The notes below the pieces were generated by a model. It was not told the DNA's origin, ran no database searches, and worked only from the letters and a program-made list of their open reading frames with translations. A stretch of DNA of 64,000 nt from Lama glama (lineage: Eukaryota), in the NCBI GenBank assembly GCA_028534125.1, contig CM052816.1, positions 68,574,001-68,638,000 of the forward strand, given 5' to 3'. A program made the position numbers and the translations under genes. Each line of letters opens with the position of its first letter. Position 1 is the stretch's first letter. This document shows positions 51,944-64,000 of this stretch, piece by piece.

Positions 51944-54900
51944 ATGCCATATCAATGTGGAAGTAAATAAGGGGGGAAAACTCTAAGATTCCAGTTCAAA
52001 AATGGGAAGAACATAAGAATTCACAAAAGAGGAAGTCCAAATGACTAATAGTCATAAATAACAAAAACTATTTTCTAAAAACGATATTAAAAAGAGAACA
52101 CAATCAATTATAGTGCTCATTACTGACCAGGCTGCAGTGAGTTGGCCCCACTTCTTCATATTTGGCTCTTGATCGTCACAGCTAACTTTTAAAACTCACA
52201 GCTAGGCATTGCATCCATTTCTTTCTTAACTATTTAGATCCTACCTTACGGTTCTACAAAACAAAAACTCCCACTGCTACTGAAATAATGGGAGAGGGGT
52301 AGGAGTACAAAGAATTGAAAACGATGATAAATTCATATGAAAGTATCATTTTGTTACAAGTAGGTAGAGATCAATATTTGGTTAATTTGAGAAGTGTGAT
52401 CTACACGTAGTCCACCAACACTTAATCTCTGTCATTCGTATCATCAGTGACTACAAAAATTATGAAGTTAGTTACGTTATTGATTCGCTTTTTATTGGGT
52501 ATTGGCTTCCCAAAGGACCAGAGAGAACAATGAAATGAAGCAGCAACTTTGTCATGTGCAGCCATGTCAAGCAGATAAATTCTTTCAAAGTCCTTGCTCT
52601 CTTTCAAAAAACTGTCAGTTTATTCTGAGTGAATTTTCATAAAGATTTTGATCATTAGTATGGGCCTCAAACAGAAAAATTACAAATCATGTGACCTTCA
52701 GAATCCTTTTTTGTTGTTGTTAATCACAAACCACAACATGAATTTCTGCAAAAATGGGGTGCCATGTCACAAAAGATCGGTCTGACTTCAGAGTCTCTTC
52801 TGTTTTTCCCTGTGTGCAGGACAGATGTTTTTTGTTGACTTGGGACCATAATTTGCATCTGGTAGGACAATGGGCCATATTCTGTTCTCCCATCCACACA
52901 CAGAGCTACACTGACAACAGCAAGAGCTGCTCAGAGATAGAGGCAGAATTTAGCTCAGCCAGTGCAAAATTCAGCCTGATTTTTTTTAAGTAAATGGTCC
53001 AGTTAACGTCTAGTGAAGAGCAAACCAACTAGCGAATTTGGAAGTTTCCTTTAAAATTTCTTGAAATTTTCCTTTGAAATTTCCAGCCCAGTGTATGAAG
53101 TAATTCCAGACTCTAATGAGCTTCAGAGGCCTCTCTGGCTGTAAGTACGAACCAAGATGATTGTCTCCGTTGGATCCAGGACTTTCTTAGGCAGCAGATA
53201 ATTTATTGTTATGCTTTGTCCTGATTTTCCCTCAGTGATTGATGTGTTCTCTCCTGTTTTCAGAGGACTTTTCTAATACTCACCTTTTTTCAAAACTGAT
53301 CCTGAAAGATGAGTCAGAAGTTCCATACCTGCTTTCCATATGGAGAAGCTGGAGCCTGGAAAGATTAAGCAAATTGCCTACCAGGGCAACAAAGGAATTC
53401 TGGGCTCTCAGGTGGTTGCGGGAATCTAGTCAAAATGGAAATGAAACTACTGCTTCCTTAGGTTATCTTTCCGGTTTGTTGAAAAACAAAATCTTTTCTA
53501 TTTCATCAGTTCCTAGGATATTGTTTCTGACACATGTATATTTGGAATCCCCGCTAGTTGGAACCAGTTTTCTCCAGGACACCCCAGTCAGTGATTAAGA
53601 GGAGCTTCTTCTTAGGCCTCTCCTCCCCATCAAAGGCAGCCCTCTTCTGGCTGACAGTCCCAAGTGTTATCCAGAGCGGGAGAGAGTGATCTTTTAATTG
53701 CTGGCTCTGGAGTGTATTGTCCTTGAAACCCACCCAGTCAGGATTTTTGTTTTTCATTAGTAAAGCTGTTGGAACATATTTACCCTCAGAGCTTTCTTAT
53801 TTACTTTTAGGTTCCAATATGTGTTGATCATCTGAATTTAGAAAGATATAACCTTGAGAAAAGGGAAAAAGTGGAGAGGGAGTTATTGATTTCATGAATT
53901 TTAGATTTTCCCAAGGAAAAAGTTGAAAAAGTGAGAATTCTGTTTTTAGGAGCACAAAATTCTTGAGTGGTGTAATGTACTTCCCTTTTCACTGACTGTA
54001 GTTAAAAAGAAACTTAGGGGTTTTTTTAGTCCAACCTCCCCATCTTACAGATGAAGAAACTGGATTCAAGTAAGTTTCAATGCATCTTATAGCTATTTCC
54101 ATGTCTTATGTATAAATATGTATGAATTTACCTTTTTTCTTAAAAGCTGTGTAACATTCTATCAGGATGTACCTTAATTTATTTAGCCATATTCCTTTGA
54201 GGAATATTTTGGTTATTCCCAATTTCTTTTCACTATTTTAAACAATGCTGCAATGGATAACTTTGTATAGGTGTCTTGGTATTAGTGAGTATTTTTACAG
54301 GCTAGATAACCAGAAATGAAGTAAAAAATTTTATAGAAATAGTCCTCTTATGAAATTACACCTGTGACGCACTTTCTTGCCAACACTGTATATTATCAAA
54401 CTCTCAGTGTGATTTAAGCTTTTAAAAATAATTTTAACCTCTTCCATTTAGCTCATTAGTCTGTCTAAAGTGTGCTTTCACGTGTTATGTGAGGTAGGGG
54501 CTTGATGTATTCATTTTGTCAATATTTACTGTGGGGGAGGAGCAGAGCACTAGGTGTGGAAAGAGGAAGGAAGGCAGCTAAAGGCAGCCACCAGGGCACA
54601 CAATCCACTCAGCAAAATAAAAGCCCTCAGCCTCCCAGACCTGCCCGCTGTGGAGGCTAGTTAAGGACCATGCATTGTTAAGGTGGAGCTGCATCATATA
54701 TGTATTTGGGGATTTAACCATACAGACTTTTAAGCTTCTAAGGGCCCAGACACTACTGACTTTAGGACATTTCAAGAGAATTTTAAATGTAATTTTGCCT
54801 ACTACATCAACAATTAAACCTAGACTGTCCATCGCCCCAACCCAACCCCCACCCAAGATGTAGGGAGAGTATGCTGCCTTTTGAGGGTTTCATTGTGTGC

Positions 54901-55589
54901 CTCACCCGCACACAACCTCCAAGGATCTTATGAAATTATTCCTTCCAATCACATGTGTATACTTAGAATATGTTCCTGAAAGGACCTTAAAAATACAGTT
55001 TTCTCTACCTCATTATTTTTGAAATTTTGAAGTTTTCCAGTTATTTTTTTTTTTTTTTTTGCACCCCTTATGGATTGGTACCTAGCTGCCCTAATCTATA
55101 ATCAACCCTGTTTTCTCTCCATGCTTCAGAGTTCTTCTCAACGCAGTGCTCTGGGCAGCCACGACCAATTGATCAGAGTTGACATACAGGTGGAATCAGT
55201 TTGCCACCTCTGGTCTAGTTCATTGTTAGTCAAAGTCCTATGGTAGCAGTGGAAAATTTTTGTCTCGAGTATCGCATTTTGTCGCCAGGTTGTGCATCAG
55301 TGATTTTGCCCACAGATGCGAGACAAGGATTATTGCAGGTGGTCTGGCCTCCCATGAAGAAGTAGGATGTGGCTTTTTAGGGAAGACGGCCCTTCCTTTT
55401 TCCTTTAAGGGCTGAGGTGAGTCATAGCTCTTCCTATTTTCTATATCACAGGGCAAGGTCCGTGACATGATTTCATATCAAGAGTTCAGAGGTTGCAGAT
55501 GGGGGTGGGGTTGAGGTGGGATATCAGATGTCTTTGGTGCCCCACCCACATCCTCTAGCACTCTCTGCTATGATTAAAGCAGGTGGCTT

Positions 55590-55971
55590 CTATGACTCTT
55601 CCTGAAGACTTGCTCTGCCTTCAGAAGCTCATGTGGTTTGTGCACAGGGCAAGTGGCAAATGCTGAGGAATCCATGCCCTGGGGAGCAGAACTCAACCAG
55701 TAACAGGTGGGAATTACGGTCCAACATTCCATTGGGTACTCTTTGCAGTTTCCGAAGAGTTTCCCAGCTGCCCCTGTAGCACCCAGCTCATTAATGCTTC
55801 CTCTGTATGGACTGCCTTCCCCTCCATGTCTCACATCCCTGTTTCTCTACCAAGATCCCTTCCAAACTGTCTCACATCCCTATTCCTCTACCAAGATCCC
55901 CTTCCAAATAGCCTACCTATACTCCAATCTTTGTCTCAGAATCTACTGCTAGGGGAACCCAACCTAAGACA
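55590..55971 (+). mobile_element. LTR16-like ERVL solo LTR with internal ~41-bp tandem duplication
   Basis: 3' end ttgtctcagaatctactgctaggggaacccaacctaagaca; duplicated unit at 55827-55867 and 55868-55909. Confidence 0.7.
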
Positions 55972-56397
55972 GAAGGGGACATGACCTTTCTAGTGGGAGA
56001 TGACATATCTTTTTGAAAACTAATAGTAGCTAACAAAGCATTTTAAGGAGCTACTTATAAGTAATAATGAATTTTAATTTTTCACTCTGTAGAGAGATGC
56101 AAAGATTCTTCTGTTTTTGTAGAAACAAGGGAGCTACAAAAGGGAAGGGTGAATCTCAAGGCAGGGAACTCTTATTATACCTGACACCATCTAGCTGAAG
56201 CAGGGGCTCCTGGGCTTGCTAAGAGAATTCCCACAGGAACTGGGGCCACTCGGACAGGTCCAGTCTCAACCACCAGTGACTGTACCGAAGTATCAGTGAT
56301 AAATAAATGTTATGATTTTTCCATTTTAAAAAATTATAAATATATCCTTGTTTCGAAAAAAGATGTCACTTCAGGATTGTCAAATGTCATTTGATGG

Positions 56398-57042
56398 TGT
56401 TGACTGGAAAAAAAAGCACAAACCAAAAATTGAGAATTATGGGGTTTTTTTGTTTGGGAAATATATATTTTTTTTTATTAAAGTGTAGTCAGTTTACAAT
56501 GTTGTGTCATTTTCTGGTGTACAGCATCATGTTTCAGTCTTCCATATACATACATATATTCCTTTTCATATTCATTTTCATTAGGTTACTACAAGATATT
56601 AAATATAGTTCCCTGTGGAGAATTATGTTTTATTTGCCAGACTTACTGAGGACTTAAGCCAAGGAGATAGGCTCTCACATAGACTAAAAGAGGTTAAGGG
56701 AAGAGCCAGGATATATAGGAGTTTTTGCAAAAAAAAAAAAAAAAAGCATACAAACAAAAAAACCAAGTAGACAAAACACTGAAAGATTACTGCTAATTAA
56801 AGAAAAATAGACATCTCGAGTTATTGAATTTAGCTCTTTTCTATGTATGGAAAGGTATAAGAGGCTGAGCTTAATGAAATTATTCCTTTCATATGCATCT
56901 TAACTACCTAGGGCCAGTATCTTGTTTTTCTCCATCCTGACTCTCTTCAGGGTACACCAGTGGAACCGCTGCAGTGGCTGATGGCTTGATGGCTGAAACA
57001 TCATTTGTTTACTTATATTGCAGGTGACATTCTTCCTCAACA
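56398..57042 (-). repeat. 3' LTR of the provirus (contains L1 insertion)
   Basis: Aligns by eye with 60706-61175; minus-strand TATATA (gatatatagg) and AATAAAA (ttttatt). Confidence 0.9.
56432..56627 (-). mobile_element. Short young L1 3' end inserted in the 3' LTR
   Basis: TSD GAGAATTATG (56432-56441, 56618-56627); L1 terminus about 56468-56617; absent from the other LTR. Confidence 0.88.
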
Positions 57043-60000
57043 GGGCCTTGTCTTGGTCATAAATTCAACCAATATTTGGGAGGCATTTCACAACCAATTT
57101 TGTCCCATGGCTCTAGGAAGATTCATTCTTAGATCAGGCAAAGATTCTGCTGATAGGCCACTTACTGGGCTGATTTTCGCATTAGGCCCTATTGATAATC
57201 TAAAATTCTCTGGGCCTCCTGTCTTACTAGTTTAGTATGATCCAGGAAATGTTTTCCCTTGTTGTTTCTTCCCACACCTAGAGTTGCACTATTGTAATTA
57301 TTCTGTGTAGAGTTATATATATGATCAACTGTCTTGAGACCTCATTAATTTTGTTGGAGGCCTGGTTACACATTGGATAGTTCAAGAGACAATAATCCTA
57401 TAAAATAGACAAGATATAAGTAATACATCTAGCAATATTAATAAAGTCACAATGTAGCAGAGACAGGTACAAGGAATAAATAATTTGAAAACAATAAGAG
57501 ACAACAAATTAAAACCATGATTATATAACTAGTTGTAATCTGGTTGCAATCACCATCAAACCATCAAAGCCACAGGAGAGCCAGGTGAAGCCAAATTCTG
57601 GAAGGATTAGATAGAAAAAGATAAGTATTTCATCTTCATTTATAAAGATATACTTTATCAACTTGCTGTAGGTCATAATTAGTGTTAAGAGGAAAGATTT
57701 TCTGAGAAACAAAGATTAAAAGCCAGTATATTTCAGAAAAAAAGTAATAAAATTATAAACCATATTTATCAGTTCATTCAGTCCTGTTTAATTAATTCCT
57801 GTTGATCTGAATGAAGTCATCAGGTTTTCCATTAGAGTTTTGTAATTTCTTACTCAGTTCAGTGCTATGACCTAAAAGTTTTCTGAGACTTGTCAAAAAG
57901 TCCTTTTCATGAATCTTCTTGAAGATCTTCATTTTATAAAAGCATCAGAGTAAAACAATTATTGTTTAAAAACAACAAAAGACTTAAAAAGGCATGGTTA
58001 AAGATCTGATTACAGTACAATTGATAAGAAACTTGGATATTTCTGTGACATACAACATTTTCAGATAACAACCAGAATTATGATTGATAATATTATATGA
58101 GGACATATCAGACACTTAAGAATTCCATATAAGTTTAGGAATATATATATTAATGACATCTAACCTAAGAAGATTTTATCATCACTTATTTGATAATGTT
58201 TCTCATGTAATTTAACATAAATAAATCTAATTAGCTTAATAGCTCTCCTTGGAATGTTTTAGGGGCCCAAAGGTAGCTGGAAGTCAAAAGAACTTTATTT
58301 AGAATTTGACTAGGGAGAGTTTGTCAAACACAGTAAAAGGTTTTAAAACACTGGGTCAAATAGGATCATAGGTCACTGTGAAACAATACTTATTCAACCA
58401 AAGTGACAATAAAAGATTTTTAAGGCAAATATAGATCATTTAGAAGGAAACTCACAATCTGTTATCAAAAGTAGTTCAACATTCCAAGAAAATTTTGTTC
58501 TCTTAACAAAGAAAGAATCAAACTCCAGTCCTGCACCAGCCCACCCTCAATAACAAAATCTATTTACCTAGTTAAACTTAATCTAATCCCAGGCTACCAC
58601 GTACAAAATTCTTTTCTCAGGGTTCCCTTTTCAAAAACCTTCCAAAAATTTCTGTATCTTTATTAGTTTATCTCTTATTTTTCTTTTCCATTTAGAAATA
58701 ACCAGCTTTAAGACAAAAATCACTCCTTCCCCTTAATGAACTGTATTTCCATTTCTCATACCTTCTCTTGTTGAAAACACAGGTCCTGTTTTCCTTGCAT
58801 ACTGAAATGTTTTCCTTATTATTTCTAGTAGCTGTATTTATCAATTTTAACCCTTAAAAATCTTATTCTCTGGTGAAAACCAACAAGCAGCAAGTAATTA
58901 TGAACTGTTTATCATACCAACATTTCCTTGCTGGCAAACTTATTAATATTCCAGAGGAATAACCTCTAGAAACATACATCTTCTCATAGCATAATTTCTT
59001 TTCTCAATGTGGTGTAAGACGTATCTAATAAACAAGAAATATCTTTAGTTTTCCTCTCACAAAAAGACACAAGTAGGTAAGCTAGACCTGCTTAGCAATT
59101 AATGTTCCAGTATTTTATCTGATTTGAGATGACCTGAATATTCAATGAATTCTCATCATTTAACTTGACTTAGAAAAACTCTAAAGTTTCAAGTTACCAA
59201 AAATCTGGAGAAACTATTTCAGATAGACATACCTAAAACATAGTTATTCCTAGAGTCCACCTGAAACTCTTATCTCATTTACCTTTATTTTATAACTTAT
59301 GAAAATATCATACCAAGTTAATATTTCTTGCTGACAAACTCTGCAACAGAAGTAACATGAACTTGAGATTCAGTAAACCTAGGTAAAATAAAAGTAAGAC
59401 ATGTCTGTATTGATTAGTCCAATAAACTTTTAAGCTACCTTTAATACCAGTTATTAATTTAATATTGAATATCTCCTAGATCACATGAACCTGAAATTTA
59501 TTCTGGCCAGTTTTGTTTATATTCAGAAATATTTAATTTGTCAGTGCTTACTTTTAAGTCAATTAAATAGAACTCTTTTATAAATTTAATTTTGATAATA
59601 TTTTCCAGAGGTAGAGACATCTCGTATGTATAATGTACACACAGACATATAAATAGACAAAACTAGAGACCTCATAGCTTCACTTTACAAACTTAGTTAT
59701 GAATCAGGTATTACAATATAAACTTAGTAGATTACAAATAACAGTTGGAATAAGTTAAATTTGTCTATTCAGATGACTATGAGTTTGCTATTTGTGGAAA
59801 ACACTTTTAAGATTTGTATTTGTCCTTGATAGACCCATAAGGAGGCAATGAAGCAGATGGGTGAGGGAGCCTTTTCAGTGGCTTGAGTTTTAAAAGGCCT
59901 CCCACTATTTCACCCCCATCCAGCCTTTTTCCCTTTGGTTTCAGGTTCTACCTTATTGAGCTAATTAGGCTCAGCCTCAGGTCAATGTGGGTTACACTTA

Positions 60001-60682
60001 AATTTCTGATTTGTAGAGATTCACAAGACAAAGACAATTGCTTTTAATTCTCCAAAGAACTGGCCTGCCACCTAAATGATATTAAAGATTGATTTGCCCA
60101 ACTATATTTTCTTTAATTTGCTTTTTTATATAAGTGAGAAGATATCTAACTAAACTAAAAATCAAGAGTTCTATGTTCTAAAACTTTAGGGTTTAATTTA
60201 TCATGACTTTAAAGTTTGCACAAGGCATTTGACAAAGGCCCTCTTTCTGAATGCACAGGTTAGACCCAGAGCAAAATTTGGCTCCATCTTGGCCATTTTC
60301 AGGATGAAATTCCCTTTAATTCCCAAGTAACTAAATACTTCTAAGTTTTGTATATACATAAACCTGGTTGGAGTGTTAGTTGGAGGCAATGATGTTAGGC
60401 CAGCCTATCACCTAATCACCCAGTCCAGACCACTCAGTGTCTCTCAATTGAGTAACTCTCAGTGTCTTTCAACCAGATTCCCCCAGTATCTTTCAACTGG
60501 GGAGTCAGGTACCTGGTAACACCACCAAATAAAACTCAGGATCATCAACCAATAACCAAGAGTCCAAGAACCTGGAGAGACCCACCCAGATTCTCCAAGG
60601 AGGTAGATGGGCCCAAGAGGCCTCTGCTGGTACCTCTCTGGTTCCTCATAGACTTCAGGTGAAGGAGAGAAGTCTGCTTTGG

Positions 60683-60701
60683 GTCCCTTGGTTGGTTGCA
60701 A
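60683..60701 (-). promoter_or_regulatory. Degenerate primer-binding site, tRNA-Arg-like
   Basis: TTGCAACCAACCAAGGGAC, 4 nt inside the 5' LTR, versus tRNA-Arg(TCG) PBS TGGCGACCACGAAGGGAC (from memory). Confidence 0.6.
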
Positions 60702-60705
60702 GAAC

Positions 60706-61175
60706 TGTTGACTGAAAAAAAAAAAAAGCACAGTTAAAAGTTGAGAACTATGTTTTATTCAGTGGACTTACTGAGAACTTAAGCCCAGGAGACAGATTCT
60801 CAGATAGTTCTGAGGGACTGTTGTGAGGAAGTAAGGGAGGAGCCAGGATATATAGGAATTTTGCAAAAAAACAAAACAAAACAAAACCTGATAACTGGAA
60901 TAGCAAAAAATTACTGTTGAAATAAAAACAGGCATCTCAAGTTAATGAATTTAGCACTTTTCTTTGTATGGGAAGAGGGGAGAGTCTGGGCTTAATGAAA
61001 TTCTTAATGAAATTATTCCTTTGATATGCATCTTAACTATCTAGGGCCAGCGTCTTGTTTTTCTCCATCCTGAATTCCCCTCAGGGTGCCCTTTAGGCGT
61101 GGCTGCAGTGGCTGATGGCTTGATGGCCGAAACATCATTTGTTTACTGATAAGGCAGGCAACATTTTTGCCCACA
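60706..61175 (-). repeat. 5' LTR of the provirus
   Basis: TG...CA ends; adjacent PBS-like motif; private 12-bp tandem duplication CTTAATGAAATT at about 60991-61014. Confidence 0.9.
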
Positions 61176-62256
61176 GTGGAAAGACAGTCATTGTTCTTAG
61201 GTTTTGTCTTTTTAATTATAAAAAAAATTTAAATGTTCATCTTTTTATGAAATGATACTGATAGAAGGTACTGTTTTTTAAAAAATAATATTCTTATTTG
61301 TCAGAGTTAAAATGGCACAACGGTTTGCCAGTGTCCCTCTTTTACGTGGTGTTGGGGGAGTGTCATGAAATCCTAAACTCGGAGCCAGGGATCACAAGCC
61401 CACATGAGCACACGCTTTCTAACGCAGGTGTTTACACAAACTAACCACGTGGTAAAGCCGGCATGGTGGCTGGTCCCCCACAACACAGGCCAGCCTGACT
61501 CCCATGAGTTAGGGTGTAGCAGAGGCACAGATTTCTCACAGAATATTCTTCTGGGACCACCTGGCAAATCCTTGGTCCCTTGGGCTCTTCATCTGCCCAC
61601 CAGGATCTCTGGGATGTTCCTGAGCTCAGTGCGAATGCTTTACTGTTCCTGTCCTTCCCTCAGTGTGAAGACGTGGGGGAGAAGACAGACTTCACTTGCT
61701 CTCAGTCAACAACTTGGTCTCCTGATGCCCTCTTAAGGAGGACCTCACTTTGGAAAAGAGCCTGCCATCATCACAAATATTATTTTTGTTGTTGCTGATG
61801 TTGTTTTAAATCCTTTGGGGTCAGAATTTCAATCTATTGTGAAAAGTTACTGTACTTTATCCAGATCACTCCATTCCTCAAATATGTTCCTCCAATAAAA
61901 AGTGTCATGGTTTATGTGCACACGAATGGAGTTCAAGCCCGTTCATAATTATAAATTGATAGAAACCAAAGGTACTGTTAATAACAAATAAGGAACACAG
62001 CGTTAGACATAATAGAAGATGATAATAGCTAAACTGAGAATGTTCTCACACAAATAGAAAGGCTAGGTAATTTTTTTTTCAGTGTTAAGAAATGCAATTC
62101 ATAGGCCCTCTCATTTGTGAACACAGATGCCAAAATTCTCAGACAAAATATTGGGAAACTGAATACCATAAAACATAGAAAAAGGCCAGACATTTTAACA
62201 ATCCTGAATTTTTTCTACCCTTTCCCCATTTAATATTTTTTTGTTGTTTTTTTTTT

Positions 62257-62304
62257 AAATATGGAACGCTTCACGAATTTGCGTGTCATCCTTGCGCAGG
62301 GGCC

Positions 62305-62355
<51 letters not shown>

Positions 62356-62361
62356 GAGCAC
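62257..62361 (-). pseudogene. RNU6: U6 snRNA processed retrocopy, full length
   Basis: Reverse complement GTGCTCGCTTCGGCAGCAC...GAAGCGTTCCATATTT, identical to canonical U6; poly(A) tail; TSD CATTTAAT(A/G)TTTTT (62227-62240, 62362-62375); no PSE/TATA upstream. Confidence 0.95.
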
Positions 62362-62949
62362 CATTTAATGTTTTTAACATCATATTTTACATGGGTTTTT
62401 ATGCGCGTGTGGATCCTGTAACTATTTATTGTGGATATAGATGATTATACCACTTTTGTATTTTAACCTTCCTACCAGCTTTATAAGTAGTTGATCTACT
62501 TCATTTACTGTATATTTACCTTTACCAATGAGATTTTTTTTTCTTTCATAATCTTCGTGTTTCTAGTTGTGGTCTTTTAAGGCCATGTAATTTTTTTTAA
62601 AAGATTGAGACAAGTACTAAAAATGAGGTCAACCATATAGAAGAGAATGCCTATTTCCTAGGCTCTGAGGAAATGAATAAATGGGGGCAGCTTTTAAAGC
62701 TGAATAGGATGGAGGTAGCTGGGGAGCATCTTCCTGTCTCTGTTTACACGTACAGATTCCAGCGGGGAAGATCAGAGACATTGACCTTCAAGTACTTAGA
62801 CAACTGGCCCTCTTGAGAAGTACTCTGTTTTCTGTAAATAGTAACTTCATAGTGTGTCTCTAGTCTAGGCAGCAATGTGATCAGAGCACTGGGCAAGAGC
62901 GTCAGAAGACTCCACTGGCTTGGCCATTCTAGAACTTAGATTCCAGAGG

Positions 62950-63328
62950 TAATCATTTGCTGCTGTAACAAAGTAACACGAACTGAGCTTAAACAATAGA
63001 AATGTATTGTCTCACAGTTCTGGAGGCTGAAAGTCCAAAATCAAAGTGTTGGCAAGGCTGTCTCCTCCTGAAGGCTGTGAGGGAAGGATCTGTTCCCTGC
63101 CCCTCTCCTCGGCTTGTAGATGGCTGAGTTTGTGTTCACGTAGCATTCTCCCTGTATACATGTCTGTCCAAAATTCTCCTTTTTATAAGGACACCAGTTA
63201 TATTGGATTAAGACCCACCCCAGTGATCACACTTTAACATATATCTCTGTAAAGGGCCTACCTGCAAATAAAGTTACATTCTGACTTCAATACATGAATT
63301 TCGGGGCGACACAATTCAACCCACAACA
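62950..63328 (-). mobile_element. MLT1 (MLT1B/C-like) MaLR solo LTR
   Basis: gctgctgtaacaaagtaacac...ctcacagttctggaggctgaaagtccaaaatcaaagtg...tttataaggacaccagt...cacaattcaacccacaaca. Confidence 0.85.
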
Positions 63329-63913
63329 CCCAGCAGCCTCTCTGGCTTCAGCTTCTCATCTTTAAAGGAGAATGTTGGCCTTAATGCTCCTTAAGGGCTC
63401 TTTCAGTCCCAGCTTTCCAAAATTTGCTCAGCCCCTTTGAAGCTGCCAAGTCTGGCCCCCTCTAGTCACAGGACTATAAATATAAAACTGTCCTGATCCA
63501 AGCCTGACAGCCAGTCCTGGAGGGCGGGAAATGAGTAGGGAAATGCTGCAAGGGTGGAGTTTTCCTTTAACCTTTTGTTATTTGCCTGAGTTCTGTAATC
63601 AGATAAACACTCAGGGTGTGGTGAACCGGAGGGGGGGGGGTCTTGACAACCTAAGGCAAATAAGCAAACTTTTAATGACATTTGTTCTTTTCCAAATCCC
63701 GAGGTTTTCTGTGCTCCAACTATAGATGACAAAACAGTTCCAGGAGAGCTGCAGTGTTTTGTTCTTCCTGCCAATTCATTAGCTACAGTACAGTTGCCGG
63801 GCTGTAATCCAGCCGGGCTGACATCAGTTCCCCAGTAAAAGAAGGACAGAACTGAAGCTGGGTCTGTGCAGCCAACAGAGATCAGGAGCGTTCAGCTGTA
63901 CTGACACGTTGGC

Positions 63914-64000
63914 AAAAAAAAAAAAGAAGAAGAAGGGGAAAGAAAGAAAGAAAGAAAGAAAAAGGAAGCAAGGAAAAAAGGAAGGAAGGAACAGAGAAGA
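63914..64000. repeat. Poly(A)/(GAAA)n purine-rich low-complexity tract
   Basis: Direct inspection. Confidence 0.9.

Larger units (their letters stand above)
56398..61175 (-). mobile_element. Complete non-autonomous ERV1-class provirus (two LTRs plus ~3.7-kb non-coding internal region, MER4-group-like)
   Basis: Homologous LTRs at 56398-57042 and 60706-61175, both TGTTGACTG...CA; near 4-bp TSD ATGG/GTGG; PBS-like motif next to the right LTR on the minus strand. Confidence 0.9.

Noticed and set aside
51376..51970. Four ORFs of about 180-196 aa
   Set aside because: Artefacts of translating through the N gap.
57043..60705. gag/pol/env remnants in the provirus
   Set aside because: The short ORFs show no retroviral motifs that I recognise; a translated HMM search would be needed to exclude faint remnants.
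62257..62430. Functional U6 gene
   Set aside because: Poly(A), TSD and a TT/AAAA site are present, and there is no TATA near -30 or PSE near -55, so it is a retrocopy.
1..64000. CRISPR arrays, operons or other prokaryote-type systems
   Set aside because: The sequence is spliced mammalian genomic DNA; no repeat-spacer array or bacterial-type gene cluster is visible.

Overview
AT-rich, CpG-depleted mammalian genomic DNA, most likely camelid (Camelus/Vicugna/Lama), judged from three Vic-1-type tRNA-derived SINEs. The + strand carries 13 coding exons (2019-43254) of SLC38A9, the lysosomal arginine/cholesterol sensor-transporter upstream of Rag-Ragulator/mTORC1. All introns are GT-AG and in phase. 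The exons total 1573 nt; the 113 nt missing relative to the 561-aa human protein would be a first coding exon upstream of the window. A 3' UTR with AATAAA follows at about 43.87 kb. The rest is intronic or intergenic and rich in old repeats (L1, L2, MIR, MLT1, LTR16, Charlie1, Tigger1, MER5A, MER58, MER53). Notable items are a complete non-coding ERV1-class provirus (56398-61175, - strand) with an L1 inserted in its 3' LTR, an ERV1-type solo LTR, a sequence-perfect U6 snRNA retrocopy with target-site duplications (TSDs), a short L1 insertion with an apparent 3' transduction, and a 500-N assembly gap. I found no convincing new multi-component biological system. The best leads are retrotransposition signatures, a splice junction that regenerates a donor site (possible re-splicing), and a few candidate enhancers. 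Repeat family names and comparisons to the human protein come from memory of consensus sequences, not database searches.
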